This document shows, in pieces, positions 1 to 12,850 of a stretch of 64,000 nt of DNA (the stretch's first letter is position 1; each line of letters starts with the position of its first letter). The notes under the pieces were generated by a model, which was not told the origin of the DNA, did no database searches, and worked only from the letters and a program-made list of their open reading frames with translations. Location: the NCBI GenBank assembly GCA_964019425.1, contig OZ025786.1:124001-188000 (forward strand), written 5' to 3'. This DNA comes from Flectonema sp. DT1601. Lineage: Eukaryota. The position numbers and the translations under genes are program-made.

Positions 1-2010
1 TTATTAGTTTCATTCCCAATCATCATCTTACATGCTGAACAGATAAAGTAAAGTAATAATTGCGGAGTAAACAAGGTTGAGGAGACGACACAAAATCCAG
101 GAGGACTTTAAAAAAAAAAAAAAAAAAAAAAAGAATATAAAAAAAGTTAACACATTCGCAACTATGCCAAGCTCCAAGCTTCAGCGCATCATATAGTCTT
201 TTTTTTGTTTTTTTTTGTTTTGCAGGCAGTCGATGTTCCGCTTTTTTTTTTTTTTTTTTTGGTTATGGTTTGTTTTGTCCTGCAATGTATGAAAATTTCA
301 TTTTTTTTCTTTTTTTCTTTTTTTTTCCCATTGTTCTTTCACTCTTTCACTGTTGTTGTTGTTTTTTTTTTTTTTTTTTTTTTTTTTTCGCAAGGCAAAC
401 TGACTATTTCATAATAAAATCGAGCACAGTATCATTAGTTCGTTTTTTTTTTTTTTCGTTTTTCGTTTTTTTAAATCTTTCAATGTGCATAAGATTTTCA
501 TTTTTTTTTTTTTTTAAAAAAGAGTCGTCAACATTTTTCTTGTTATACAGCGAGAAAGATTTCTTGGCAACAAAAAATAAAAAAAAGGAGGGCTATGGCC
601 ACACGTAAAAAAAAAGGGGATGCTCATTTCATTTTTTTAATTTTTTCCACTTTTCATTTTTTTTTTTTGAAACACATGATTATGAAAGGCTCTCTCTCCC
701 CCCTTCGTATCCTGTGAGTTTAACTTTTTCCGTAATTATTGTTTTTTTTTTTTTTTTTTGTTCCTGTGTCTTCCTTCCTTGCTTTTTATCACATTGAAGG
801 ATCTCGGGATGTGGGGATGGGGTGTTAGCTTTTTTTTTTTTTTTTTTTTTTTTAGTATTTCTATCGGCCACGTCGTTCATGGCTGTGCCCTTAAAGTGCA
901 CGACCGATTTCAACCAGAAAGAGAAAAATGGGATGAGGGGTGAAAAAAAAAAAAAAAAAGATCGTAAAAAAACGTGTACCTGCTAATGTTGCTGTATGGT
1001 ATGAGTATCATGGGGAGGTGACTGACTCACAGCAACATAGGATCCAATCCGCAGCTGTTTCCGAAGACGCACCAGTTCAGTTACTGGTTCCTAAAAGGCA
1101 AGAGTTATACCTTCCCAGGAAGGAGGGAAGGGGGGGAAAAAAGGGGGAAAAAACGAGGCATTATGTCATCGTGTCGAACCTAGAACGTGTTTCTTAGAAA
1201 ATGAAGTACAACTCAAGATCGATGTCATTAAGGGACCTGACTAGTCCATTTGTGAAGAATGGGGAGAAAAGAAGAAGAAAAAAAACACTAATTTTTTTCT
1301 GTTTTTTTTTTTTTTGGCACAACTCAGAGAGCTTTAAAAAAAGGATTGCATAATGCCCATGATCCTCAAAAAAAAAAAAAAAAAAAAAAAAGCGGGGGAA
1401 GGCAGGGGGGGTTTTTTGTTCGATAATTATTGTTTTGTTTCTTGCTGTAGTTCTTCTTTCAATTTCATAATAAAAATTTTCTTACACTAAAGATAAGTGA
1501 ACGGGAGAAATAGAAAGGGAAGTGGGGGGGGTCTACAAATCACAGTAAACAACTACCCTCAAAAATGGTTCATAACAGAAATAAAGGGATAAAATAAAAA
1601 AAAAAAAGAAAGGGAGGGGGAATTGATCCAAGCATCTACCCCCAAAGAAAACTACCCAACCAACACACTGACAATCCCAAAAACAACTATAAAGCTGAAA
1701 TACGGCCTTGGTCACAACAGTAAACTAAATCGGGGTTTCAGCCAAACCTGGTTGCCATGTAAAAAGACCAACAGCTGGTATCGATAGAATCTCACACACG
1801 ATGTTTAATATGAGAATTCGGGGCCACCCACTACAGGTTGAGAGCCCCAAAAGGATGAAACTTTGACAAGTAGAAACTGATAACTTTTAGGAATAACCAA
1901 TCAATGAAAAGGTACACAAGGAGGGAGTTATCGTTTGAAGCATACCTATAATTATATAAATATTAGTTTAGTTAGTTATAATAATAAATATAGTGCATCG
2001 TATCAAAAAG

Positions 2011-2508
2011 TTAACTAATATAACCAATTAGTTATTATGAGACTGTTGACTAATATAACCAATTAGTTATTATGAGACTGTTGACTAATATAACCAATTA
2101 GTTATTATGAGACTGTTGACTAATATAACCAATTAGTTATTATGAGACTGTTGACTAATATAACCAATTAGTTATTATGAGACTGTTGACTAATATAACC
2201 AATTAGTTATTATGAGACTGTTGACTAATATAACCAATTAGTTATTATGAGACTGTTGACTAATATAACCAATTAGTTATTATGAGACTGTTGACTAATA
2301 TAACCAATTAGTTATTATGAGACTGTTGACTAATATAACCAATTAGTTATTATGAGACTGTTGACTAATATAACCAATTAGTTATTATGAGACTGTTGAC
2401 TAATATAACCAATTAGTTATTATGAGACTGTTGACTAATATAACCAATTAGTTATTATGAGACTGTTGACTAATATAACCAATTAGTTATTATGAGACTG
2501 TTGACTAA
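2011..2508. repeat. Near-perfect 35-bp tandem repeat, about 14 copies
   Basis: Unit TTGACTAATATAACCAATTAGTTATTATGAGACTG repeated head to tail with no spacers. Confidence 0.97.
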
Positions 2509-3046
2509 CGAGGAGGAGGAGGAGGGGGGGCTGAAATAAAAAAGAGAGAAAGAATGGGGGAAAATTATGAAGAAGGAAAAATGCATGGGTCAATTCAATC
2601 ATCAGAAAGAGAAACATAATGGAAAAAAAAAAAAAAAAAAAATGAAGAAAAGAAGAAGAAAGGGAAAAGGGGAGAACAAATAAAGTCCAACCACATTTTT
2701 TTTTTTTTTTTTTCCCCTTTACAAGGATCAAAAAAACAAAAAGACAAAGCCCGAGTCACACAAAACCAACCAGAACATGTCCAGAGTGGGCTAAAGAGAG
2801 CAAGAAAAAAGAAGAAGAAAAAAAAACTGCTGCAGACATCCGTGCCTCTCAGTGGAAATTCGGTTTTAGGCGTTTTTTTTTTTTTTTTTTTTTGCAGAAG
2901 TTGTGGTAAAGTAAATAAGAACCAATCCCAACAACTCCCAGAAGTATCTTTTTTCACCTTTTTCTCTCACTTCAGCAACAACAACAACAACAACAACAAC
3001 AATAACAGCTGTTGGCCATCCCTTCATGCGTTGCCATCATTTTTTT

Positions 3047-3079
<33 letters not shown>

Positions 3080-3139
3080 TTCCCTATTTATTGTGATAGG
3101 AACGATTCACTGTCACTCTCCTAATAGACAATTGATAAT

Positions 3140-4639
3140 CTACGCCTTTAAAGTGTTAGAGCTGGATTTCTTACTGAGGCGAAGGGCTCCAGTGACGTCC
3201 GCATCTTTCTTAATGTGAACACCAGGCTTAATAGGGAGAGCATTCCAGTCTAATACTGATCCAGATTCCGTTGTCAACATCCCCTTTGGAGGAATATTTC
3301 TGAATTGTGTTTTAATCGCTATTTCTGCAATGCCAGATTTCAAGTTTGAAATTCGAATCTCGTATCCGTTTAAATCTCTAAAACTATCCTCCAAAAACTG
3401 ATACAGAAATCTGAGATCTCCTGCGATCTGTAGAGCATCAGCAAATGAATTGTCAGTGAAACACTTCAGCTTTTCGTTTTCTAAAATCATTTTTGTTACG
3501 TATTTATCGGAATCATCAGACCTTGCTTGAGGGACATCCTTAGAGTTTGCCTTTAGTTCTGGACACAAACTCGCTACCTCATCAGCGTGATCTGTGCATG
3601 TCAAGTACATAAATGATTCATGAGTCCAGTTCCAGTGTCCGCACTGGATGTGAAGAGTCTGGGGGTCTTTTAAGTTTTGTAACACCTCTGCGAGATCCTT
3701 GTGAAATCCGTCGAGTTCCTTTGCAGATAAATCCTTAAACAAATCCTTAGACAATGGTCTGATAACAAATTGTTTTACACCTCCCTGACCTTTGTCTTTT
3801 GCTGAAGTACGCTGATCAAATTGAATGTATGAAAGAGGTCTAGTTGTACGAGATCTCATCGCAACTAATATCTGACTATCACCACTGTGGATAAGTCCTG
3901 AATCTGTTGATAAAGCACCTGATGTGAGATCATTAAAATTAACATTTCTACCTCCTGAGATAGTAATCATCGCAGGTTTTGAAGAATCAGTTTGTTGTAG
4001 CGATTGGCTTGAGGTAGAGCTTCCTTTCTCTTTCAAACTCTGAAGGAATCTCGACTCTTCCACTGCTCTCTGACTAGCGAGCTGCTGAGCCTGCTTGATT
4101 TGAGCAATTTGAAGTGCAAGCTGTGCTTGCGTTTGCTGATGAGCAACTTGTCCCTGTTGTTGTTGACGTGCGAATCTCATTAACTGTTCTACAGCACCTG
4201 GACGACCGTGAGCTGCAGCACCCTGAAGTTGTTGCAGCTGTTGAAGTTGAACAATTTGTAACAAAGCTTGCTGCTGTCGTTGTAAAGCAACATATTGTTG
4301 TACCATCGCACTATTTGGTGGCATTGATATTCCATTAGCTGTACTTATGTGAGGCTGATGTTGACTCTGTTGAGGCAGTTGTTGTTGTTGCTGTTGTTGC
4401 TGTTGTTGTTGTTGCTGCTGTTGCTGCTGTTGCTTTCTCTTTGGCTTTGCCTGATAACCTGCCTTAACAGCAGTTGCCGGCTTACTCTCAACTGGAGGTG
4501 ACCAAGCTGGTGCATCCGCCCTCAATTGAAAGTCAGTCTTCTTAGCAGCTGTCTCCTCCTTTGCTGAATTGTCGGAGGATTCCTTCGCTACTCCTTCATC
4601 TTTTTTCTCGACTTTCTTTTCTTCAATTTTTTCTTCCAT
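3140..4639 (-). CDS. Glutamine-rich protein with a PAM2-like motif (putative PABP-interacting RNA regulator)
   Basis: 499-aa ATG ORF; LRADAPAWSP resembles the PAM2 consensus LNxxAxxFxP; poly-Q region followed by an unidentified globular C-terminus. Confidence 0.75.
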   Translation of the reverse strand: MEEKIEEKKVEKKDEGVAKESSDNSAKEETAAKKTDFQLRADAPAWSPPVESKPATAVKAGYQAKPKRKQQQQQQQQQQQQQQQQQQLPQQSQHQPHISTANGISMPPNSAMVQQYVALQRQQQALLQIVQLQQLQQLQGAAAHGRPGAVEQLMRFARQQQQGQVAHQQTQAQLALQIAQIKQAQQLASQRAVEESRFLQSLKEKGSSTSSQSLQQTDSSKPAMITISGGRNVNFNDLTSGALSTDSGLIHSGDSQILVAMRSRTTRPLSYIQFDQRTSAKDKGQGGVKQFVIRPLSKDLFKDLSAKELDGFHKDLAEVLQNLKDPQTLHIQCGHWNWTHESFMYLTCTDHADEVASLCPELKANSKDVPQARSDDSDKYVTKMILENEKLKCFTDNSFADALQIAGDLRFLYQFLEDSFRDLNGYEIRISNLKSGIAEIAIKTQFRNIPPKGMLTTESGSVLDWNALPIKPGVHIKKDADVTGALRLSKKSSSNTLKA

Positions 4640-5557
4640 CTGATTGTAGTGTGCCTGTTGCGTAAATTAAATAACAACTCAATTTGACCACCCGCTGCGT
4701 GTCTGACAAAGAAAGTTTCTTAGTGATCCTTTCACATACCGATCCTTTTCACGAAGTTCAGATTAGTTTGTTAGCTTCTCTCCGCACAGTTTACTAAGCA
4801 AACAGAAAGGGAAGACAGAACTCTTCTTCTTCCAACAGAAAGATGAAGAACAAGAAACTGTATCACGCATGGTTGTCCCAAACTTCATAATAGCCCAACT
4901 GAGCATAGAAGTTGGAATATGGAATATACGTAACATGACAAGGTCCTGAAGAACCCTATCAACTTGCTATACGGTACGACCAGCGGGGAGCTTTGCACCA
5001 TTTGAAAGAGGGTGCCTCCCAACCATTGCGACCGAGGATTCGATTCTTTAACGTGGCTATTCTATCGCAAGAAATAGACTACGAAGCTGATGAAGTCTTG
5101 GAGAGGACAAGTCACCGTTATCACTCCAAATGGGTTAGTCGGAGGCGGCGTGCAATACTCCTTGAGAACGATGAGAACAAAAGAGAAGAGAGGGAAGTGA
5201 ATCTACCGGGGGTCTGGTGATAACCATCTCCATTAATTAAGGAGAGCAACCGTGGAGTTGTTTCCGGATATGATGAGTAGGAACAAGAGAAACATATCTT
5301 GGAGAGGACAAGTCACCGTTATCACTCCAAATGGGTGAGGTCGGAGGCGGCGTGCAATACTCCTTGATGTGATAGAGTGAAGAATCAGACCGGACTCGAG
5401 GTGTTTACCATTTACCCTTTTGGGAATCGTATAGGTATAGGGGCAATTGTCCAAGTAGTAGTTAACAGAAAGGGAAGACAGAACTCTTCTTCCTTTGACT
5501 TCGGTCTCATTCCCTAGACAACAACCTGATATGAGAAATGAATAAATAGCAGAATGG

Positions 5558-5598
<41 letters not shown>

Positions 5599-5671
5599 AT
5601 CTCAAACTACTACACGGCAGTTGAGTTAAATATCTCTCTGAACCTCATAGACGGATTAATTGTTGTTTGGT

Positions 5672-5707
<36 letters not shown>

Positions 5708-5828
5708 CAATTGTATAACAAAATATTTCAATAACTTATTCTCATAAACTAAATAGTGAATCGTGATTTGTGTTCCTCAGCTACCATAACTGTCTATCAG
5801 TGGGTACAACCAACCACAGTCAATAACA

Positions 5829-6413
5829 TTAATCGAACTTTACGGAATCGGAAGACTCAGCAAGCAGAGCATTCGCCAATGCTAGAGAAGCAGAAACATT
5901 TTTCGATTCAGAGATATTGCCGCTGTTGTGAGCCAACAGATCCTGTTTAGCAGGACTGACAGGAGCAGATGTTTCATCAGCCTGAGGAGCTGCAGGAACT
6001 GTTGTATTGCCAACACCAACCGTACCAGTTCCAAAAGGTTTATTTACTTTCGATCTTTTTGATAATTCCTTTTTAGGAACTCGAGACAAAGCTGCTTTTG
6101 TCGAAGGTGGTAACGTAGGTGGTAACGTAGGCGGTAACGGAGGATGTGGCAGTGCCGTGTCATTTCGTACAATCATTCTCTTGCTAAGTAGTCGCGCTGC
6201 TTTATTTGATAACTCAACAGAATCTCTATCACTAAACTCTCGATGTATGTGACCTGAATTATCTGTTAGCTGTTTAACAGCAGACAATACTAACAAACAA
6301 ATCATAATAACTGCAACCCTCGCCCATGGTGATGGCTTAGGGAGGGACTCAAACGTATGACGAGGACTACTCCTGTGAGTTCCCCCTCCGAACATACTTG
6401 TGAGGCGTCGCAT
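5829..6413 (-). CDS. Putative type II membrane protein, unknown function
   Basis: ATG at 6413 (MRRLTS) just after a pyrimidine-rich TTTCATTCAG acceptor; hydrophobic VAVIMICLLVLSAV then a Pro-rich stem; a 3' intron near 5843 is possible. Confidence 0.55.
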   Translation of the reverse strand: MRRLTSMFGGGTHRSSPRHTFESLPKPSPWARVAVIMICLLVLSAVKQLTDNSGHIHREFSDRDSVELSNKAARLLSKRMIVRNDTALPHPPLPPTLPPTLPPSTKAALSRVPKKELSKRSKVNKPFGTGTVGVGNTTVPAAPQADETSAPVSPAKQDLLAHNSGNISESKNVSASLALANALLAESSDSVKFD

Positions 6414-6799
6414 TGCGACACCTATCTGAATGAAAGAAAGGTTTTTAAAAAAAAGTAATTTTCTCTCCATTAAAAAAAGAAAAAAAGAAAATCACAACAT
6501 CTAAGGTTAAAACCTGTAATGAAAATTAATTTAATAAACAAAAAACAAAATAATAACTCAACTTTCTTGTTGTTTTACAATATGACAGTCTATTGCTGGT
6601 GAATTCTTTTTTTTGAAGTATCCGAAAGTAATACTACCCTCACTTCACTTCTATAATAAAGAAGACCAACAGCCTTTACGCCGAGTTTGTTAATTTTCAT
6701 AAGCAGCTCTCCCCGAGGAACCTCAGGATAGCTACTCGTCACTTTCAATAAGATTGGCTAGTGGGATAAACATAAGAAATATAAAAGTTCTTTTTTTTT

Positions 6800-8401
6800 T
6801 TACCATTTATCAACAGAATTCGATGTGAGGATTGTCTCATCGGGAAGTGAGATTGCAGATAATGAGTTCAAAGTATCTAATCTGACGATGTGTTCTTCAA
6901 CTTTAACAGAAGATACCCTAACATGACCAACAACCTGACGCTTACAAACAGATGAGGGGATGTTATCCCAACTTCGGTATTGTAAAGGCTCGTTCCATGG
7001 CTCACTGAGGTCGTAGTTTCGTAAAATAGAAAGCTGTTGTTCTTCGTTGTAGTGTTTCCATGTGTTTGAATGACATTGTAGCCCACCATGAACGAATAAA
7101 AAATCGTCGTGTTCCAGGACGAGTGTTAGTTTTCTGAAGAAGTTCTTATGAGATTCTGGTAGAGACCTAATCAAACCTTTCCGATCTCCCATTTCAACTC
7201 CGTAACTCCTCATTGTCTCTTCAGCATTATAATTATCATAACCCGGAGGGGTGTACCTCAAACCCTGTAAATGGATTCCACTTGCCACTAGTCTGTCTGA
7301 TTTTCTGTTATTTCCCCACAGTTCGAATCCGGCATACGTCTTTTTTTGACAACGCATATCCCAACCATGGGGTACAGGAAGCAATCCTGCAAAAGCAGTA
7401 AAAGCAAAGTCATGATTGCCGTGGATGAAATGAGTAGTTCCTGGAGTACGCTTTTCTTTTAAATCGATTAAAAATTGAATTGTTTTTTTAACTTCTGGTC
7501 CTCTATCAACGTAATCTCCAACAAATATTATGTGAGGTTGGCTTTCTGTCCATTCTCCTGATGTTTGCTTATCTTTAATGTGATTATCAATTTTTAAAAA
7601 TAATTCTTTTAGGTCACCTAATTCACCGTGGACGTCTCCAATAGCTATTACTGGTCCTGAGAGTTTCTTTTTAAATAAAATCGATTCGCAGAGATCGACA
7701 GGAATCGATTGGAAAAGAGTTCCCTCAACACTCAGCCTTCCCACAGATACTAATTGTGATGTTTTTATGGAAACTGAAATTTCAGATGGATTTTGCTGAT
7801 TAGCGTCAACTGAAAATGTAAATGCAAAATCCATTGTGCAGCTGCTGAATGAAACACTGTCTGAAATTAATATCTTGCTGAGTAAGTCGATTATCGTTTT
7901 CGAGAACAGCTCCTCAACATCAGTTGGAATTATCGTTCCGATGATCTCAAGTTGACTTCCACATAAAAACTTTCTATTCTTAAACAACGCTCTTATAATT
8001 AAAGAATCCTTCACAACATTCGGTAGAATCGCCATCCTCGTTGATGACTTCAGTTGGTGTTGCAAGTGCGCTGATCTTCGTATCATACCAAGTGCATATT
8101 CAGAGTTTGATTGCGCGTCATTTTCAGTTTTTTGATCAGCTAAAGACCACCCAGAACATACAACAATATCTCCGTCAGAAGTGAGAGAGTCTCCGTGAAT
8201 TAGAAATGGTTGAGGAAAACGGTTGCTTACTCCAGTAAAAGATCCGAGCATCATTTCTTTTAATGATGATTCATTTAGCAAACCATCATCAATCTCAAGC
8301 TTTAAAAATATTGCTGGGCTGGGATCGTTCTTTGCTTCATGAGAGAGAATAGTGTTTACAGATTGGTAAATTTCACTGAGTCTGGGTCGGGGTTCTGACA
8401 T
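6800..8401 (-). CDS. PPP-family metallophosphoesterase of the Rhizobiales-like phosphatase (RLPH) type, with an N-terminal extension
   Basis: GDVHG, GDYVDRG, GNHD and VHGG motifs, plus RLPH-like segments AFTAFAGLLP, IHLQGLRY, YNAEETMRSYGV and LPESHKNFF. Confidence 0.88.
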   Translation of the reverse strand: MSEPRPRLSEIYQSVNTILSHEAKNDPSPAIFLKLEIDDGLLNESSLKEMMLGSFTGVSNRFPQPFLIHGDSLTSDGDIVVCSGWSLADQKTENDAQSNSEYALGMIRRSAHLQHQLKSSTRMAILPNVVKDSLIIRALFKNRKFLCGSQLEIIGTIIPTDVEELFSKTIIDLLSKILISDSVSFSSCTMDFAFTFSVDANQQNPSEISVSIKTSQLVSVGRLSVEGTLFQSIPVDLCESILFKKKLSGPVIAIGDVHGELGDLKELFLKIDNHIKDKQTSGEWTESQPHIIFVGDYVDRGPEVKKTIQFLIDLKEKRTPGTTHFIHGNHDFAFTAFAGLLPVPHGWDMRCQKKTYAGFELWGNNRKSDRLVASGIHLQGLRYTPPGYDNYNAEETMRSYGVEMGDRKGLIRSLPESHKNFFRKLTLVLEHDDFLFVHGGLQCHSNTWKHYNEEQQLSILRNYDLSEPWNEPLQYRSWDNIPSSVCKRQVVGHVRVSSVKVEEHIVRLDTLNSLSAISLPDETILTSNSVDKW

Positions 8402-8883
8402 TATTTTTTTTTTTTTTTTTTTTTTTCCTGATTAGTAAAGAAAAAATTTACTCAAAGTCACGTTTTTCTTTCTCCAGTTTCGTATTCCGATTTGTTACAA
8501 AAAAAAAATTTTTTTTTTCTTCTTACAATTTTAAAAAAAAAGTGGAAAACAATAATAATCTATTTCTTTTTTTTTTTTTTTTTTTTGTTCACTGCACTTG
8601 CTATGTGCATACTTCCTACAAGTTAACAAAGGGCTAAGATACAAGAAAATAAAATATAATAAAACTGACAGATGCAAGAAACTCTAAAGGTGGGATGTGT
8701 CTATAAAAAAAATTTTTCTTTTTTTTTTGATTCCTCAAATCTCGAGTGAAGAGAGGAAAAAAAAGAAAAAGAAAAACATCACAATAAAGAAAATAGTTTG
8801 ACAATTAAAAAAAAAAAAAAAAAAAAAAAAACAATATAGAACGACGATACTAAAAAAAGAATTAAATAATATCACCTCAAATC

Positions 8884-11800
8884 TCAAATCTCAAATAACG
8901 TGTTATTGTCAAAGTCTCTTGATGAGGACAATAGCAGTCCATGAGTGTGGGAATCTCTTCTCAAATATGACATCATGTTGGTGAGCAATGACTGTATGGT
9001 TAAAGGTGATTTTGTTCTAGCCACAACCGCTGCGAAAGCTGACGTGTGAGTTCCAAAAGCGTCTTCACGGGAATGCTCACCAGGCAGTTCAGATATAATA
9101 GTGACATTACTCTGCGGAGATGGATTTTGGTTGCTATATGTCTGCAACGATCCTCCCTCAGAACCTGATAACTTAGCCCCGTACGGTAATTCAATAATCG
9201 GACCACTTCCTCTAAAAGCATCAAATAAACAAGTTAACTTACTATCTCCTGACATTGAATTTATTATTTGAGAGAGCATATCCGCTCCAATTACACCACG
9301 CTGTGTGAAGTCAACTGGAACCAGAGCATCTCCAGTAGAACCTGCACCGATGTTAGAGTGACCACAGTAGTATAAGATGGCGTTGGTGTTCTTTTCAGAT
9401 GTCAACCAACGTAATCCATCACAGATAGTATCATATGTTGGGTGACTAGGATGACCAATTGGTGTGTCAGAAGTATCTTTTAGAACTCTGATATCGAGTT
9501 GTTGTTCTCTACCGGGTAATCTCTTTATAAAATTACTGAAATTCATAGCACTGTGACCTCCCTTTGCAAGTGTTTGTAATCCAGGCTGTAACTCATATGA
9601 AATTCCTATCAAAAGAGCCTTGTGAGTCTGATATTGCATGCTAGCAGCAGCCACACCAGAACCATGTCCTGGAGGAGGTTGTTTTATTCTTATCTGTTCT
9701 GTGGGTTGTGCAGGTTGACTTGCTCTTCCACTATTCATTCCAACTCCCCCACTCGGTGGTTGTGCTTTTATTGTCACGACCTTTGGAGGTGCAGAATGCT
9801 TCGCAGCTAAATTAGTACCAAAAAGTCCTGGTTTGATCTCATTCGTGGCGGGGATTATGTTCTGCACATTGTTGATACTTCTGAGCGATTCAAATGCAGG
9901 AACCCACTTGTGAAAAATATCGTCCTTGATAGTAAGCTGTTATTTTACGATTGTGTGTTTGTTGCACAAAACCAAGAAAACTGAAGAGTGCTTCTGTGTA
10001 AACATACCAAGTCCATAGTTCTGTAGGTACACTGTTCACCTGATCTGGGTGGAGGAACTCTAAAAACGAGAGTGAAACATCCTCTTGTCGATACTAATCT
10101 TCTTCGATTACCAACACGGACTCCCTTTATCCATTCATCTCCTCCATTAGGTACTCGATGATGTTCAAATCCGGGGGAATTGATACCTCGTTGGACTCCA
10201 ACAAGTTCACCGAGCGACTCCTGTTGAGTGTTGTTGTTATCAATGAAGTTTTTAGTGTGTTAAACTACACAGAAAATATAATTAATAAAACATACAGCAT
10301 CCTTGAGGTGAGCGCTAGTGGGTTTCGCAGCATAGCACAATTGCGGAATATTGCGCTGAGTGCGGCGATCAACACCCGACTTTATAAAGAAGAACCTTTC
10401 ATTAGCAGAACCATCTCTTCCGTATTTTAAGAAATACACTCCCGACATCATCCATTTGAGAGTATCAAGGAGTTCTGGTTTCATGTACGACTCAATCAGT
10501 TGATCATCTTGAACTGTGCGGCCGTACTCAACACCTCTCATGTACATTAAGTCAATAATTATTGGTGCTGCTGGATGTTGAATCCATTCGTACTTCTTTC
10601 TCTGATGAAAGAACTGTTGTTGTAAAGGAACGATCGGTTCATCATCATTTTGAGGCTCTAAATAATATCCAGGTGCGTCTGGATCAGCTTGCATTGGATA
10701 GACGTCTTCCATCATGTCACGTTCTAGTTGACTCATTCGAGGTACTGTAGTCATGTGTTTTGATGGTTTAGCTCTTCGTTGCATTGAAAGTCTATCCTCA
10801 CCAATTGGAGTTTGAACCACTACTAACTTAGTACTTGGTGATGCTGGTTCTTCTAATGTTCGATGCTGACCAGTCCTGGGTGATGGTGGCGCTGGTACTG
10901 CCTGTACTGTGCTGTTGTTGAAACTGCTATTTCCGTGTCTGGTGTTGCCTCCATTATGAAAGATTCTTCCCTCAGTGTAATGCATCGGTGCCCCAATCCA
11001 ATCTGCGAACACTGGTGCTGAATCATTCGGGTGACATATCGGTGTGTATGTCGATGGATAACTACTAGCTATACCGTGCTGAAAAGAGGTATTATTTAGA
11101 GGTTGGCTATGTGGTGCTGCTGCTCGAGGTTTACCCATCGCCTGGCGTTTCTTTTCAAGTTGGAGCAACCGCTCTTCTGCCCAACGCTGACGCTTTGGAC
11201 TTGTTCCAAGCTCATCTCGAAAACTGCTGTCATCTGCGAAAGTAGGCACAGAGAGAGTTTGATTAGGGTCATGGAAATGAACATTTAAACTAATATCACT
11301 CTCTGGGTATCCAACAGTCGGATACGTTTGCTTTGTTGGTGAATTGAACTGACCCGAAGTAATCACTACAGGAGGAGGTCCACCAGGAGTTGTGAGTCCA
11401 GAAGGAGTTTTTGCCGGAGTCGACAACGCGGCTGGAGTATTTGCTACCGTGGCGGCAGATAAAAGTTCCTTATGATGATCTTTCTGCTGCTGCTTTGACA
11501 TTGGAATGAATTTTTTCTGGTTCTTAGTCGGGCTAGGTGACATACGTATCCTGCCTCCTCCCAACCCCAACATATTTGTGGAGGGAGATTCGCTCTGTCT
11601 AATCAGTGGTGCCCTGGGTGGTGGGGGAAGTGCCATAGTAAACCCACTGCTGTCTTTTGGTTTGGGGCTCAGTCGACGATTCGAAGAAGGTTTTGGTACA
11701 TCAGACCACAAATTAGTAGCTGACGATGGTATTGATAGATTTGGAATAGGGGAAAGAGGGTTTCTTGGAGGCTGTGACAACTTAAATACCTGAGTCTTAT

Positions 11801-12416
11801 CTACAGCGCTACTAACTGGAATCGCTGTACCTTGTGTGGTGGGTTCTTCGGTTTCTGCTGGTGCCGGAGCTGGTGCCGAAACCAAATCTCCGTCAGTCGC
11901 ATGTGTCGCTTCTGATGTTGTTGATGGAGGTTTATTTCTAGCACTGGTCTTTACAGATCTAATCCTATCTGTTAAGCCCTTTAAGTCACTTTTATTAAAT
12001 ATACCTCCAGTTGGATCTTCTGGTACTGTCTTTGGGTGAAGAGCCCACTTATCAATTTGAGCGTCAAGAATTGAACCCACCGTATCTCTGTTTATTGTAT
12101 GACGTTTTGGTAGAAGCATGTCCATTGCTACAGTATCACCGTCGACACGTCCAACACCAACCGCGTTTAAAGGTAATGATGATCTAGATATTGCTGGACT
12201 TAAAGACTGTCTTCTTCTTGCTAAGTCTCTTGCTACTCTTGCAGCTAACATTCCATCATCATAACCTAAATCTGTTCGGTTGTCATTTACAAGACTCACA
12301 TTGTTACCAAATCCTACAGGGCTGACACTTCGTTGTCTCAATGGTGATATCCGTAATGATTGCATTACTTCCCGAACTGGGCTTCTCGCTCTGTTGTTAC
12401 TATGCACATTTTGCAT
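8884..12416 (-). CDS. Three-exon gene (~1128 aa): disordered N-terminus + PH-like domain + catalytically dead metacaspase domain
   Basis: Exons 12416-10296, 10220-10008 and 9936-8884 joined by phase-0 GTATG...CAG introns (75 and 71 nt) give one open frame; GVYFLKY...ERFF...RTMDL...FHKWV is PH-like; KALLIGISY and YYCGHS are metacaspase motifs, but DACHSG reads DAFRGSG. Confidence 0.85.
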
Positions 12417-12750
12417 CTATATTACTGTTAGAGATTAATACAATGATTGAACTTATAAAAACAATACGAGACGCTAACTAGCATTCCTTCTCCTTCCCAC
12501 GATGCACTGCCGCATGTCTGTCTGTCAGTCCTTCCTGAAACATTTGGATAATGGATGTGTCTGTGTTGTGAAAACATGTATCAGTCAAAATTGCCTTTCT
12601 TTTTGTTAATGTGGAGCCATGTCTTGAAGCATTGTAAGCTTTTGTTTTGCTCGCTGGATCACCGGTTATTTGCATCTCCCTTTCTATATTCCCCTTGTGT
12701 TTTCGTAACGTCATATGTTTCGGCATGTTATGTTTATTATATATGGGGTA

Positions 12751-12850
12751 CTGCAACTGGAAATATTACTGCGTGGAAAAAACCGCACTAAATTCCAAAT
12801 CTGCAAAAAACCGCACTAATTTTTCCACGCAGTAATATTTCCAGTTGCAG
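12751..12850. mobile_element. 100-bp MITE with TA target duplication (Tc1/mariner-like)
   Basis: TIR CTGCAACTGGAAATATTACTGCGTGGAAAAA at both ends, TA on each side; a longer relative starts at 63714. Confidence 0.9.

Noticed and set aside
2011..2508. CRISPR array
   Set aside because: Repeats are contiguous with no unique spacers; eukaryotic context; no cas genes
1..3100. Short F-rich and K-rich ORFs
   Set aside because: Translations of poly-T/poly-A tracts; no domain signal
4801..5491. Local duplications (5100-5165 vs 5301-5367; 4801 vs 5464) as a gene or mobile element
   Set aside because: Real repeats, but no termini, TSD or convincing ORF could be assigned
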